Shown piece by piece: positions 26,491 through 39,640 of a DNA stretch of 64,000 nt (position 1 is the first letter of the stretch; each line of letters opens with the position of its first letter). Both the position numbers and the translations under genes were made by a program. The notes beneath the pieces are model-generated. The model saw only the letters and a list, made by a program, of their open reading frames with translations, made no database searches and was not told the origin of the DNA. The DNA comes from Lama guanicoe. Its lineage: Eukaryota. Location of the stretch: assembly GCA_013239625.1 (NCBI GenBank), contig MU053881.1, positions 14,250,373 through 14,314,372 on the forward strand, written 5' to 3'.

Positions 26491-27100
26491 CTGGTAGTTT
26501 TCAAATATGCCTGTAAAAAGTAGAGTCTCATCTCCTTTCCCTTGCACATGAGGACTGAGTGATTCCCTTCTAACAGCAAAAAAAAAAAAAAAAAAAAAGG
26601 GGCANNNNNNNNNNNNNNNNNNNNNNNNNNNNNNNNNNNNNNNNNNNNNNNNNNNNNNNNNNNNNNNNNNNNNNNNNNNNNNNNNNNNNNNNACAAAAAA
26701 AAAAAAAAAAAAAGTGGCAGAAGTGATTCTGTGTGACTTCGAGAACTAGGTTCTCTCTTGGAATGTGGGACCTTGGAATCCAGCCACCAGGTTGTGAGGA
26801 CACCCAAGCACATGGAGAGGACACACCTGGGTGTCCCCGCCGACAGACCCAGTGAGGACCCCAGCCGGCAATAGCAACCACTTCCACACTCGTAACTGGA
26901 GGATCCTTTAGGGATTCCAGCACCCAGCCATCAACACCCTCTACCCGAAGCTGAGGCCCCAGGCCTGGTGGATCAGACACAAGTCGTGGCCCCATGTTCT
27001 GAGCTCCTGACCCGCAGAAACCATGAAAGATGGTCAGTGATCATTATTTGAAGCCACAAAATTTGGAGATAAGTTGTACACAGCAGCAGATGAGCCGTAC
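26491..27100 (+). mobile_element. MaLR (MLT1E/F-like) solo LTR spanning the assembly gap
   Basis: gtggcagaagtgattctgtgtgacttc...cagccaccaggttgtgagga...ctcctgacccgcagaaaccatga...aagccacaaaatttggagataagttgtacacagca. Confidence 0.75.
26605..26692. other. Assembly gap (88 N)
   Basis: Run of N flanked by poly(A) on both sides. Confidence 0.99.
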
Positions 27101-27609
27101 AGAAAAGTTTACAGATGTTGGGCCTCCCGGTTCTTGAATCAAAACCTTAAGGCCAGCAAGGCCTGACCCATACAGGACCGAGGGGAGTGAGGAGAGGGCT
27201 CAGCCGTGGCTGCCCACTGCCCCAGCCACCAGCCTTCCAACATGCCCATCACCTGCTGAATGACATACCCCAAAAGAATCTCTTTAGTCCTGAGTCAGTT
27301 TGAAGTTGAAGGGTTTTCTCATAATTCACAGAGACAGGACCAAGCTGAGTTTATCCACCTGGGATGTTTGCTTTCCCTGAAGAGCTAAGGATTGGCATTG
27401 ACAATCCTTTGAAAGTGGCCTTTCAGAGAGTCGCACTGTATTGTGGCCCACTTCACACATGCTTGGGAGAGAGGAAAAACCAAGAAAGAAGAGATGGCTG
27501 TGCTCAGGGACCCGCCACACCCACTCCTCCATGTTCGGCCCCAACCCCACCCCCAGTGTCCACCGTCTCTCACACCAGCGTTCCCACCACCCAGGCCAGA
27601 CCAACTGTA

Positions 27610-28690
27610 TCCTGCTTTCATCCATCCACTCAGTATGTATCAAGTACTTACTGCATCATAGGAGGCAGACATTAAACAACTAACCACACAAATGAAGAAT
27701 TCTAGTTGTCCTAAGCACTAGGAGGGAGCAGTCCAAGGTCCTCTGGAGAGCCCTGGGTATGTAAGGTGAGAGCTGAGAAATTAGAGTGAGTGAGGCAGAC
27801 AGGGGTGTGATGGGGGCAGAGGAAGAGCCTTCCAAACAAAGGGCGCTACAGGAAGAAAGTGTGTAGTTTCTGAGAACATAGAGAAAGATCAGTCAGGCTG
27901 CCGGCCATAGTGAAGAAAGCAAGAAAGTGTCCCAGAAGAGTCTGGAGACGGAGGGAGCGGCCAGATCCCGTGGGCCAATACAGAAAGCTCTTGTCTCTGT
28001 TCTGAGAACAACAGGCCACTGCAGAAGTATCTACAGCAGGAAAGTGACACGAGTCAAACTGCATCTGTTAATACATCTCAGCCTCCTAACCCACCAATTC
28101 CCATCCATGTGTACACCTCTGTACAGCCCAGATCACAGTACATCAGAGCTAGTTCTTTCTGTATCTCTCTCCCCTGCCAGGCTGATGGCTTCCTGAGAAC
28201 CATGTCTTAGACATATTTGTAACGCCATCAGGCTCCCTACTGCTCCTGGGTCAAGCACAAACCCCTCCTGCAGCCTGCAAGGCCTTGCACCCTCTGTCCC
28301 TTGCCCACCTCTCCAGGACCTTCCCGAGTCAGTTCCTGCGCTCTCCAGTTATTCGTCATGGTCCAGCCACTCTGGGAGACTCGTCACTTCCCCAGGGGCC
28401 TTCCAAGATGCCCTAGCTAGGATACGGTCCCTGCTAAATACTCACGGAGCAACCAGTGCTCTTCCATCAGAGCACCTATCAAATTTATATCACCACTTAT
28501 ATACATTATTGATTTAACATCCATCTCCCCTCCTACACTGTCAGTTTCACGAAAGCAGAGAACTTATCTATCTTGGTCACCATCATCTCTCCAGGATGTG
28601 GCACTTCGATGCTCACAGTTGGCATTCCACAAAGAGCAGTGGAATGACAGAATGGAGGAGTGAGAATGCACAGATGGGTAAACGGATGGA
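27610..28690. mobile_element. L2 3'-end fragments, both orientations
   Basis: ttcatccatccactcagtatgtatcaagtacttactg and cttggtcaccatcatctctccagg...cacagttggca...gaatgacagaatgg. Confidence 0.6.
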
Positions 28691-29094
28691 CGCATTCAGG
28701 TACGACCCCAGTGGCCACCAGGCCAATTCGACACCTGATGTTGGACACTTTTCTCAGATCCCCCTACAGGTCCCTCAGTGACATCGCCTCTTTGCTGGCC
28801 TCACTGACTCTCTGCGGGAAGAAAGCAATGTTAGTGAAGGCTTTATGGAATAAATGGAAAGTAGAAATGGGTAGAGGAGGCCAGGGAGGCATTTCTGGCA
28901 ATCTCTGTATAGTTATTACCTTAATCTTTCTGCCAAGAAAGAGGAAGTAAGCTGGCAAACACTCATGCTCAGTCAACAAGTCCATATAAATGCTGATGTG
29001 TCTAGGACTTTGGCTGCATTCACAAGCTTTTCAAGTCCAGGGCCCTTCAAAGTCTTTTATAGGAACTAATGGGGCCCAATACAGTCCTCCAGGT

Positions 29095-29535
29095 CAGTGC
29101 TTCTCAACCTCTCTCTGGTAAAGGGCCAGGTTTTCATTTCATTTTTCATTCCATCACAGATCAATACTTTATAAAATACAGTAATTATACACTTAGGTGC
29201 AGTAGCAATGTCAAATTGCTACAAAAGTTTCTGAATGCATACTAACTATTATATATAAAATAGATGAACAAGTTTCTACTGTATAGCACAGGGAAGGATA
29301 TTTAATATCTTGTAGTAACTTATGACGAGAAAGAATACGAAAAGGAACATCTGTATGTGCATGAGTGACTGAAACGTTACGTGGTACACCAGAAATGAAC
29401 ACATTGTAAGTGGACTATAGTTCAATTTCAAAAAAGTTTCTAAATGCTTACTTTCCATCTCTGGACTCGTTTCTTCACGGGTAACAAGTATGTGCAGACC
29501 TACACCCACCTCCAAAGCACACTCTGAGTAGCACG
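29095..29535. mobile_element. hAT-Charlie MITE carrying a nested L1 3'-tail (29239-29431)
   Basis: Termini cagtgcttctcaa...cacactctgagtagcac. The L1 tail is bounded by a 16-bp TSD aaaagtttctgaatgc (29223-29238) / aaaagtttctaaatgc (29432-29447). Confidence 0.75.
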
Positions 29536-29667
29536 GATGCAAGTCCGTACTTGCTCTCCCACCGCCACTTCGTCAGCCATGAGACGCTGCTAAACAGTCA
29601 TCACGCGTTTCCCCATGAAGCCCGTGTTTGGTTTAAAGTTCCCATCCCAGTGTTCAAGACAGCCACC

Positions 29668-30270
29668 ACCCTTCACTCCTGTTAGAATGGCCATTATCAA
29701 AGAGACAGGAGGTAAGTGTTGGCAAGGATGTGGAGCAAAGGGAGCCCTCGAGCACTGTTGGCGGGAGTGTGAATTGGTGCAGCCACTAGGGAAAGTAATA
29801 AGGAAGTTCCTCCAAACACTGAAAATAAAACTACCATTTGATCCAGGAATTCTACTTCTCAGTATTTATCCGAAGAAAGCAAAAACACTAACTCCAAAAG
29901 ATACCTGCACCCGCCCTGTTCGTTTTAGCATTATGGACAACAGCCAAGATATCAGAAACAACCTAAGTGTCCATCGATGGATGAATGGATAAAGAAATTG
30001 GGATTATATCTCTACAATGGAACATTATTCAGCCATTAAACAGAATGAAGCCTTGCCATTTGCAACAACATAGATTGATCTTAAGAGCATTACGCTCAGT
30101 GAAGTAAGTCAGATTGAGAAAAGACAAATTAAAATATGATCTCTCATATATGGAATCTAAAAAAAAAAAGCTTATAGATACAGAAAACAGATTGGTGGTT
30201 GCCAGAGGTCAGGGTTGGGGTGGGAGAAATGGGTGAGGGGGGTCAAATGGTAAAATTTTTTAAAAAGAAA
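29668..30270 (+). mobile_element. Old L1MA/MB 3' end
   Basis: ORF 29615-29992 [10 protein letters not shown]...KCWQGCG...LKIKLPFDPGILLLSIYP, plus L1 3'UTR motifs. Confidence 0.88.
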
Positions 30271-31759
30271 GAAGCTCTGTACCCTTTACCAATCATCTTC
30301 CTAGTCTTCCTCCCCCTGTACCCCTAGTGCTAAACAATCACTAGTCTACTTTCTGTCTTCTGTCTCCCCTGTTCTGGACATTTCATATATTTAAAAAAAA
30401 GAGAGACAGTTACCACCATGTACACAAGGGAAACCACAGGAAATTAAACTTATTTCCCATCCCTACTCCACATGGCCCACAGTCTGGCCATTTGTCGTAT
30501 TCACACCCAGGATAAGGAAATGCCTCTATTTTTGTTTCCAGCCTAATGAAAAGTTCAGGAAGAATGACCATCACATCAAAGGAAATCCTTCCTGCTCATT
30601 CAGTCCATTAACAATCTTTTTGCAGCTTGAGAAGCCCTTAATTCTCACCTCCTAAGGGAAGACGCAGCGACCTGTGCCACAAAGAAAAACCTGCGGTGTG
30701 TTCTCAAACGTAACCGATGTGGGTTGCATGGAGGGACCTGGAGTCGCTGGCCCTTCTTTGCTTTGACTCTCTCTTCCCTCACAAGCTCCATCCTTACAGC
30801 TCACCTGCTTCTGCTTCACGTTGTCACGAGGGCTCCTTCGCAGTGAGCTGTTTTCGCTTCTCATCACCCTCTTGGTCAAAACAGTGAGGTTTTCATCCCT
30901 CCCACGGTCCGTGTCTCCGCAAGCAGGATCACAAGCCCTCGGCCCTCCTTGGGTAACCATGAGGCCGTAGGTCAGCCTCCAGTCACGGTCACTGAGAGGC
31001 CAGAGAAGCAGCGGCCACGACAGGGAGAGAACTGATCCGTTGTCTCTGGGCTTCAGATCTGAAACTCACTCCTGGAGAAACACAAGTTTCACTTTGAACC
31101 TTTCCTTTCAACCTCACCTCTAAAGTTCTCTTGGAAATGTCTTTGCAACTTCCTCTTGGTCCTTGCAAACCACAGAATCACAGGCTGTTAGTGCTAGCAC
31201 AGGCCTTAAAGGACATCTGGCTCATTCAGAGGCCTCTTTCGAGCAGTGGGGGAAATGGTGAGGTCGGTGTGGGGAGTCAGAAGACTCAGGTCCCCTCACC
31301 AACCACTGGATGACCTGAGGAGTGCTCACCTACCTCTCTGAGACTGGCTCCCAGGAAGACAGGGAGGATCCCAACCCCGAAAATGGGGTGATTGTGACCC
31401 ACTCACAGGGCTAGTTGAGAATTAAATGTGACTGTGTGAACAGAAGTGCTTTTAAAATGAATGCATGATGTAAATGTTGGGATTCTAACTGTCCTCAGCT
31501 TGACGGTAAACAGAGGCCACTGTCAGAGCAGAAGCCCTGGGAGTAGAAAGGGGTGGGGGCAGGAGATCCAATGTGCCTTTTGACAAAGACCTTTTGTGAT
31601 TCCTTGGCAGCTGGAATCAATTTAAGGAAAGGAACTGGAGTGTTTTAGCACATTTGTAGTCCAAGCAAGAGATGACAGCAGATAGTAACTTGAACTAGGA
31701 TGATGACCAAAGAAGGAACAAGTGGACAAATTCAAAAATATTTATGATGTAAAATTACA

Positions 31760-32358
31760 GGCAAAGTGCCCATCAGCAGATGGATGGATAAAGAAAATGT
31801 GACAATATAGACATAGATACATATACACACAATGGAATACTATTTGGTCATTAAAAAGAAGAAAATCCTGCCATTTATACAACATGGATGGACCTTAAGA
31901 ATGTTATGCTAAGTGGAATAAGTCAGGCAGAGAAAGACAAATACTGTATGATCTCATGTTTATGGAGAATCTAAAAAAAAGAAACCAAACTCAGAAAAAG
32001 AGATCAGATTTGTGGTTACCAGAAGCAGGGGAGGGGGGAATTAGATAAAGGTGGTCAAAAAGCACAAACTTTCAGTTATAAGATAAACACATACTGGAGA
32101 TCTAAGGTACAACATGATGAGTGTAGTAAACACTGTTGTATGACATATTTGAAAGCTGCTAAGAGAGTAAATCCTAAAAGTTCTCATCACAAGGAAAAAA
32201 AAATGTTCTGTAACTAGATGGGATGGATGTTAGCTAAACTTACTGCAGTGATCACTTTGTAGTATACACATGCCAAGTCATTCTGCTGTACTCCTCAGGC
32301 TTACACAGCAAGTCGGTATGCTGAATGTCAATTATATCTCAATAAAATTGAAAAAAAA
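31760..32358 (+). mobile_element. Old L1MA 3' end inserted in an L2 fossil (L2 pieces about 31570-31760 and 32360-32850)
   Basis: cacaatggaatactatttggtcattaaaaagaag...gtcaattatatctcaataaaattg followed by polyA. Confidence 0.85.
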
Positions 32359-34604
32359 ATCAGGGCCAGGTGATGGACTGGACATGGGAGAGGGGGAGGG
32401 GGCTGTTCAGGGTGATATTTCTGGCTTATTTATCTGGAGATGAGAAATACCAGAAGAGATCCAGGTAGGTGAGGCACAGAGGGGAGATCACAGGCTTGGC
32501 TTCTGAACATGCTGAGTTTGAGACACCCAAGCAGATATGCTAAATAGGCCATCAGAGCTGAGGGATTCACATGTAGTTCACGATATAAAAAGTTGGGTAG
32601 GATGAGATTACCAAGGGACAGAATACAGGGTGGGAAAAGAAGTGGGCTTAGGACAAGTCTTGCAGGATCATAATATTTAGTGGAGCAGAGGAAGATGAAC
32701 CTCAAGAGAAATTCAGGAGAAACCAGAGAGAGAGAATTCTGGAAAAGCAGAAAAGTGTTTTTAACCGAGGGAAGAGCATTAATTCAAGAAGGAAGAAATG
32801 GCCAGTAGTATCAAGTGCTGATAAGGGTTCACTGAAGATGAAGACTGCTTAGCGGTGTAGGTCACCCGCTCCCTTTCATGACAGCATCTCATTCTAGGTC
32901 CTTTCTTGTTCCTTGTTCCCATTACTATGCAAGGTTCAAAATGGATCTCAAATCTCTGGAGAAACCAGCCACCCCTGGGGTCCTGAACACTCTGGTTGTT
33001 TCAACATGACAGTTTGAGGCTTCAGCTGAGCTTGTAACTTTCTGGACCCACTGCTCCACCCTACCTACCAAGAAACCCTACCTGCCGAGATTGGTCTCCT
33101 CCAGATCACAGGTGGCAAATGTGCAGCGCGCCTATTCACACCCACCAAACCTGGGGTGGTGTCAGACATCACTAACTGATCGGAAGTCTCCACTTAAAAA
33201 CGTGTGCCTCAGAGGGTCGCTGTCTCTACATGTCCTGTCCCAGGATGGCAGTACAGCCCAGAACTCTAGATCCCATATCACTGTCCCCCGCCCCCACCCG
33301 TCCTTCCCTAAGGGAGATAAGACACGGAGGAGACGAAGATAAGACACATTCCACGCCATGCCACGTCTCTCTGTCCCTGGCTGCACTCAGCCCTCAGCCA
33401 GACTGTTGCATCTGTTCCCAATAGTGATGTGATTCGCAGCGATTTGCTTTGGAAATCAAAGCCTGGGGACTGTTGGCTTTCTCTGCAAAGCAGGGCCTGC
33501 CCTGTGGAGAAGGGAACGACTCAGCGCACAGACACGAACGCCCACTGGGTACTTCCCAGCATGGACGTGGTGCGTGCCTCCTTGCCAGTCTGATCTGAGA
33601 GGATCACAAGCCAAACAAAGGAGGAGGCAGTCACAGAGGCTTACTTGCAGTCTGTACGGTTTCTACTTAGCCATCTTGTGACTGGGCAACCGCCTGCCCT
33701 TGGGAAATTCAATCCTGGGGGAGGCAGAGGTGGGACAGATCGGAGAGAGAGGAAGGAGGGGGTTAAAATGCCACTTTCAGGCACAGGAAGGAGGGTTAGA
33801 ACAAATCTGCCCAATCAGCAAGCAGCTGGGGACAGGATTTTGGACACTTGTAGAAACATGGAAGAGAATGCAAAAATGTGTAAGAGGGGACACTTTTCTT
33901 GATAATCAGTGAATTACCAGGCATTGGGATGTGAAGTCCTCTCTTCTTCCTTTCGTGGCTGCCTTCAGTAAGCCTGACGGGGTGGTGACTCAGAAAACCT
34001 GAATTCCAGCCCTGGTCCGCCATCTGGTCCGCCATCAGCTAGAAGCCATGTCCCTGCTTTGTGAAATGAAAGGGAGAGAGAGGATGATGTGGAAGGTGCG
34101 GACATTCCCCCTGGGACAAGGCAGAGCAAAGCAACCTACGGGATGAGGTGGGTCGGGTGGTTGGGAAGCTGCCAGTTAAATCCACGGGGGCAGTCGTAAT
34201 TGGGATATTCTGCAGTCATTGCAAATTTTGATACCGATGATGCCACCCAACCAAAAAAAAAAAGAGTTTCCATTAAAATGTACGTCAATATTAAAATAAT
34301 CTTTAGAGACAACCAAGCGGTTGTGCTGATCTATATTCATTGAGAGTGAAGGGATCTATACTGTCTTGCTAAGTGAGAAGCAGCCACGTGAAGCAGCCGG
34401 CTGTTGTCAATCAGGCCGCGGTGGGAGGGGAGGGAGCGATCGCAAAGGCAGGAAGGGCTCTGCAAAGGTTCTCCGGAGGAAGGAGACTCCGAGGGGAGCC
34501 TCGTGTTGCCCCTGCGGGCCCCTCCCACTCTGGATTTTGGGACAAAATTGTGAATCTCTGAAATTAGTGCTGCCAGAGAATATAGGGCTTTTGTTATTGC
34601 TTGT

Positions 34605-34680
34605 TTTGGTTTGTTTGGTTTTGGGTGTGGTTTTTTTTTTTTGGGTGTTTTGTGTGTGTGTGTGTGTGTGTGATGTGTGT
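34605..34680. repeat. T/G-rich low-complexity tract with a (TG)n microsatellite
   Basis: gttttggtttgtttgg...T run...tgtgtgtgtgtgtgtgtgtgtg. Confidence 0.92.
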
Positions 34681-35642
34681 TTTGTCTCTGTGATGTGTCA
34701 AGGCTAGGCGCATCCACCGTCTTCCCCCAGCCCAAGGCAGCAGGGCTGTGTGGACAGCACAGGTCCTCAGGGGCCAGTCCCATGGGGGCCGCTCTTAGAG
34801 CAAGACTATGGCCTTAGGCAGATGCTCCACCTTTTGGTGGGGCCTCCCAGAGATAGTCTTGTCTGGGCATGAATCTTCTAATTCTAGAATGACAGGGCAG
34901 AAGAGGGCCTTAGAGAGCATCCCTCAGTCCCAGAGCAGTCGCGTTTCCATGCTGTTTTCAAGCTGGAAGCCTCATGCGCCAGTTCAATAAGGCTCTGGAT
35001 TCCAGGATAATGGAGGGTTTGATTTGAGTATCAGGAAGAGACTTGCTCCTCAAAGATATTCAGCCGGTCTCCCATATCAGAGCCAAATGCCTCCTCCTCA
35101 TCAAAGGAAAAGAATATTCTGATTGCTGTGGTGTGAAGCCCCCAAAATTAGACATTACACAAGGAGGCATCTGAGGGAGCAGTTCTCCAGTCTTAACCGT
35201 TTTCACCACTTAGATTCTTTGAGCCAGAAGAGACTTGTCACATCGTGTCATCCTTTTATGAAGGAGCAATTAAGGCCCAGAGGAGTTATATTCTTAAGCA
35301 AGGTCACACAGCACACTGAGAGCCAGGACTGGGGCTCTCTGGCCCCTATGCACATTTTGAAAGACTCTTAAAGGTTAAATTCTAATCCAAGATCCCAATC
35401 CTTTGTTTTACAAACAACAGGAACCATCCCCACCAAAAGCCCCTTTTTAAAATTTCTCTGCGGGCACTGGCATCTGTAGCGATCAGTGTGCAGGAGGGAA
35501 TCAGCAAACCCAGACGCGCAGAGCCTGAGCTCCGGAGCTTGACCGGTCCCACAGCAGCGCAAACCCTGTGGGACAGGCTGCGTGTTACCTGCGGGCTTCC
35601 TGCGCTTTCGTTCCAGGCCTTCATCCCTTTGCTTTGGCGCTC

Positions 35643-35675
35643 CTGCCCTCTAGTGGCAGAAAACTTCACTGCAGC
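35643..35675 (-). promoter_or_regulatory. Strong CTCF site with upstream (ZF9-11) module
   Basis: Minus strand ggCTGCAGTgaagttttctgCCACTAGAGGGCAG: perfect core plus TGCAG 12 nt upstream, in non-repetitive CpG-containing DNA. Confidence 0.75.
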
Positions 35676-36839
35676 CACATTCTTCCACAGTTAAATGAAA
35701 GGGAAATGGGGTGAGAAAGAGACACTTTTGAGGAGAAATAAAGGCAAGCCGCATCCTCTAAAAAAGCAGGATTGGTTACGATGGCGGAATTTTTTAACCT
35801 CACACACTAAAGCTTGACTAGACGTATCCAGCAGCAGATTTGAACCTATGGAGAGGTGAGGCCAGAGCACAAAGTTATAGATAGATTATATAACTAACTC
35901 GAGACCTCGTGGGACCAACGGGGCTCTGAGAATCTGATGGGGCAGGAACAAAAGGAACTAAAATAGCAAAAGAGGGGAACATTGGCATATGGTGCCCCCC
36001 AACAAACACTGGCATGAATGAATGCAAAACCCTGCTCCCTAACTCTGCCCAGGCTCTGCCCAGTATTCAAAATCCTGACCCCAAATCTGCTTAGCTAACA
36101 CCTGTTTCTTCTGCCTGTCTTTCTCAGTGTTTCCCTTGCCTCAGCAGATGAGATGGGTCCTCCTCATATGCTCTCCTGGCTCCGGGTACTTTTTCTTCAT
36201 AAGACTTTTCACAGTCCATCAGTCTGTGTTTCTCAGATTATTTTTATGCCCACATTAAAGTTAATTTCCATGAGGACAGGTGCTGAGGCTACCTTGGTAA
36301 CTATTGGATCTCTGTCCCTAAAATAATGATTACTACACAGTAGGCTCTCAATGAATACTTTTCAATGGACTCAAAATCACAAGTGTTAGTTGAATGACTG
36401 AATGACATCTGTTTACAGAATTGGAAAACAGATCTCATCTCAGTGGAGAAGGCAGGTGTGCTACATCTCGAGGCTTCAAGGCTAAGCAGCTCTGGCTGTG
36501 TTATTAGTGCTTTTCTTGGCATGACTTGGGATCCCCTCCAGCCTATAAAAGGCACAAAAATCTTCTGAGGGTGGAGACCTCCCCACAAATGCTCATCATC
36601 ACCCTTAGGGTAGGGTGCTGGGCAGGTGTCTTTACCGTAATTGCACTTGTTAACAGTCAGCCCCCACTGGTTCAGCTTTCATGCCTGCCGTGGTAGGGAA
36701 ATCAGCCCAAGAACGGAAGGACAGCAGGCTGAGAGGCTGCAGGACATCAGGAGACTGACCTTTGGGGCTGCCTCTCTGCGTGAACTTGGATAGTGCCTCC
36801 TGCACAGGCTCTCTGTTGTCCCATTTCTAAAATCTTGGG

Positions 36840-37345
36840 ATATGTAAAATCAAAGCCACTAGTTTTCAAGTGTCAGAAAACCCAACCTAAACTGCCTTAA
36901 ATGGGGTAAAAGGGTGATGTATATTACTCATGAAGCTGAAAAGCCATGGATTCAGGACACACTCAGTCCAGGATACAAGCAACGTTCTCTGAGCCTGGTC
37001 TCTCTCCTCCATCATTCTGCTCTGCTTCCCTCCGTGACGGTCCCCTTGTGGGCAGGTTCCTTGTATATGGGGTCTCCTGCAGCTCCAGGCTTTCATCCTC
37101 ACAGCCGAAAAACAGGGTTCTCTCAGCAGTAGCAGACAAAAGTCCCCAGACTGCCCCCACAGGTGCCTTTAGGTCACATGCTCATCCATGAGCCAGTCAC
37201 TATGGTCAGGCGACGTTCTGGAGTCCACCTGAATCACATGGATTGACACGGCCAGAGACCAGGCACCCCCAGGGGTGATCAAGGAAGCACTCTCAGAATG
37301 TGGGGGAAGAGTTGCTAGACAGGCAAAAACAAAAATGGCACTGCA
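36840..37345. mobile_element. MaLR (MLT1-type) LTR remnant
   Basis: aagtgtcagaaaacccaacctaaactgccttaa...ggtcacatgctcatccatgagccagtcactatggtcagg...aggcaaaaacaaaa. Confidence 0.65.
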
Positions 37346-37748
37346 GAGTGAGTGATCTTGAAGGACTTCCAGCTTTGAATACTCTCATGTGACTCCGTCT
37401 TGGTGTCAGGGAAATGGAAGGGAGCACAAAGCCATGGGCATGCTCTAGCATTCATCCAGCCCTAGATCCTTTCGAAAAGCCGATATGCCAGATAAGACCC
37501 CTCACCCATTCTGAAGGAAGGGAAGGGATGACATTTTTTAGAAGGCCTTCGACAGCGAGCAGTGAGGTTGACCCTCCTGAAGCCAAGGAGCAGAAAGTGA
37601 ATGGCATTTTGATAACGCCCCGAAAAAGCAACCTCTCTCTTTCCCAGAAAGATGGACACTGTCAGTGAGATTCATTTAAAAAAAATCTTATTAAACTTTC
37701 CCTTTCACTGTGTCTTTGTATCTCTGGTTGAAATGGAGCAGGATGCAG

Positions 37749-37762
37749 GTTGCCATGGTGAC
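37749..37762. promoter_or_regulatory. RFX X-box
   Basis: GTTGCCATGGTGAC, a near-perfect match to GTTGCCATGGCAAC, in unique sequence. Confidence 0.65.
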
Positions 37763-39559
37763 GGCTGAATTTTTAAATAACAGGGCTCAGGAGCTCTGGC
37801 TGCTGGCTCTACCCACCACAGGCAGGAAACTGTTGGGGGAAGGAGAGAAGCAAAGTGAGAAAAGGAAGAAAGCTGCTGGGCTCATCCCAGGACACAGAAA
37901 CTTCTCCAGCTAGTTCTTGCACTGAGGGTACAGCCCCCAAATTGTAGGCTCTAGCTTCTTGAGAGAATGAGAGAACATGGAGCCCAAATGTATAAGGGCA
38001 GGATCTTAGAAGTCACTTTGTCAGTCCCCTACCTGATTCTCTCTTGTGACAGATGAATTTCTCCCACACTTATACCCCTTCCCCTGAGCACTGGGCCCGG
38101 CCAAGCCCATCCAAGTTTTAGATGGATGTCTGGGAACCTGACTCTAAGAGAAATGTTCAAAGACCTAGACATCCTGAGAGCAAGAACCCAGAGGATTTTT
38201 AAGTGAAAGAGGAATTTGAGGTTAGGAGCTGTCCATTCAAACCACCCTGGCCACAAAGTCCAGTTCTGCTCTTTCCTCTAGAGCCATCTAAGAATGAGAT
38301 GGAGAGACTCACGAATGGTCAGTTCCCAGGACTGGACACTCTTAGGCCTGCATAGGCCAGCAAGGAGCTGACTGATAGGGATATTTTTAAATATTTCCAG
38401 GCACCAGAGAGGCAGGACCCTCCTGAGGGAAGCTCAAAGAAGCAACACACCAAGGCTTTCATGCAAAACTCTTTTGAACTCCAGGCCAGGGAAAGGGGAA
38501 ACCAGAAACTTAGGCTGGAGAGATACAGAAAGCAGCAAGCAAGGAAATCTGTCCTGACCCCTGAACCTTGTCAGGGGATCTGACAGGGGGCGGTCTCGGT
38601 GTACAGCCTACTCTGCTTGCCAAGTGGACCCAGGGAAGGACTTGCATTCTCCGCTGGTTACATCCCTCGTCTCCTGAGCAAAATGGGTGTCAGCCAAGAA
38701 TACACTGTGTTTGTCAGAGAATGTTCATTCAGGAAGTTTAATAACAATAGTAATAAATATAAACACAGAGGTTGTTCCTCTAAGCTGGGACGGTGGCAGG
38801 ATTACTAAATCTGAGTGAGTCCGACATTTCCCCCAAAAGCTGGCTGAGCAGAGGCCCTAGGAGAAAGCAGAAGAGCCAAGGAGATGGGTCCTGGGCCGGT
38901 GACCCACACCCCCATGGCCTGTACACCCCCCAACCCCTTCCTGTGCCCCAGGCAGGACGATCCAGCAGCCTGGGGCCTAGGGTTCCCCATCAGCTTTCCC
39001 CAAGCAGGTTGGGAGGAGCAGGGGGCATGGCAGAACCTTAACAAAGGGAAAAGAGCCAAACGCAGAGCTGGGGATGTGGTCCAGCATTCACACCACCAGG
39101 CCACCCTCCTATGCCTTCCTGAAAAGGGCCGACAAGTCAAAGGCCCAAACAATCCTAAAAGATAGCAACTAGTATAAGCCTCCTTTTAAGAGACAAGAAA
39201 AATAGGCAGAGAGAAGTCACTTGCTCAAGGTAACGCAGTTACATATCCAGCCTTCTGACTCCACGGCCAACACTTCTCCCCACTAAATGCAAGACGCCAG
39301 TTGGATAGTAGTATTCATCATTCTACTTGCAGCTGCCGCTCCCAAGAGGCTTGGGTGAGTGAACAGACTGCCTCCACCTGTTTGCCCTAATATCAGGGTC
39401 TCTGCCTTTGCTTAAGGCAGTTTCATGAGGGGCTAGAATCTGGAGACGGGGATAGTAAGCAAATCCCAAAGTGGGATCCCAGTCTGAGACATGAGGATTT
39501 GTTTCATGATAGAGGATTGTGGATCTGCCTGGAACAGCAAGCCCCACCTGAAACTCCTG

Positions 39560-39640
39560 TACGCCCAATTGGCTCGATACCGCCCCAGGCCCACTGTCAC
39601 CATGGCAATTGTTACCGCCCCCGAGTCACCATGGCAACAA
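39560..39640. promoter_or_regulatory. Compact regulatory module: CCAAT palindrome, GC boxes and two tandem RFX X-boxes
   Basis: CCAATTGG 39565-39572, CCGCCCC twice, GTCACCATGGCAAT 39596-39609 and GTCACCATGGCAAC 39625-39638. Confidence 0.7.

Noticed and set aside
34178..34195. CTCF-like ccacgggggcag (similarly 38580-38593 and 39866-39880)
   Set aside because: Poor match to the 5' half of the core motif.
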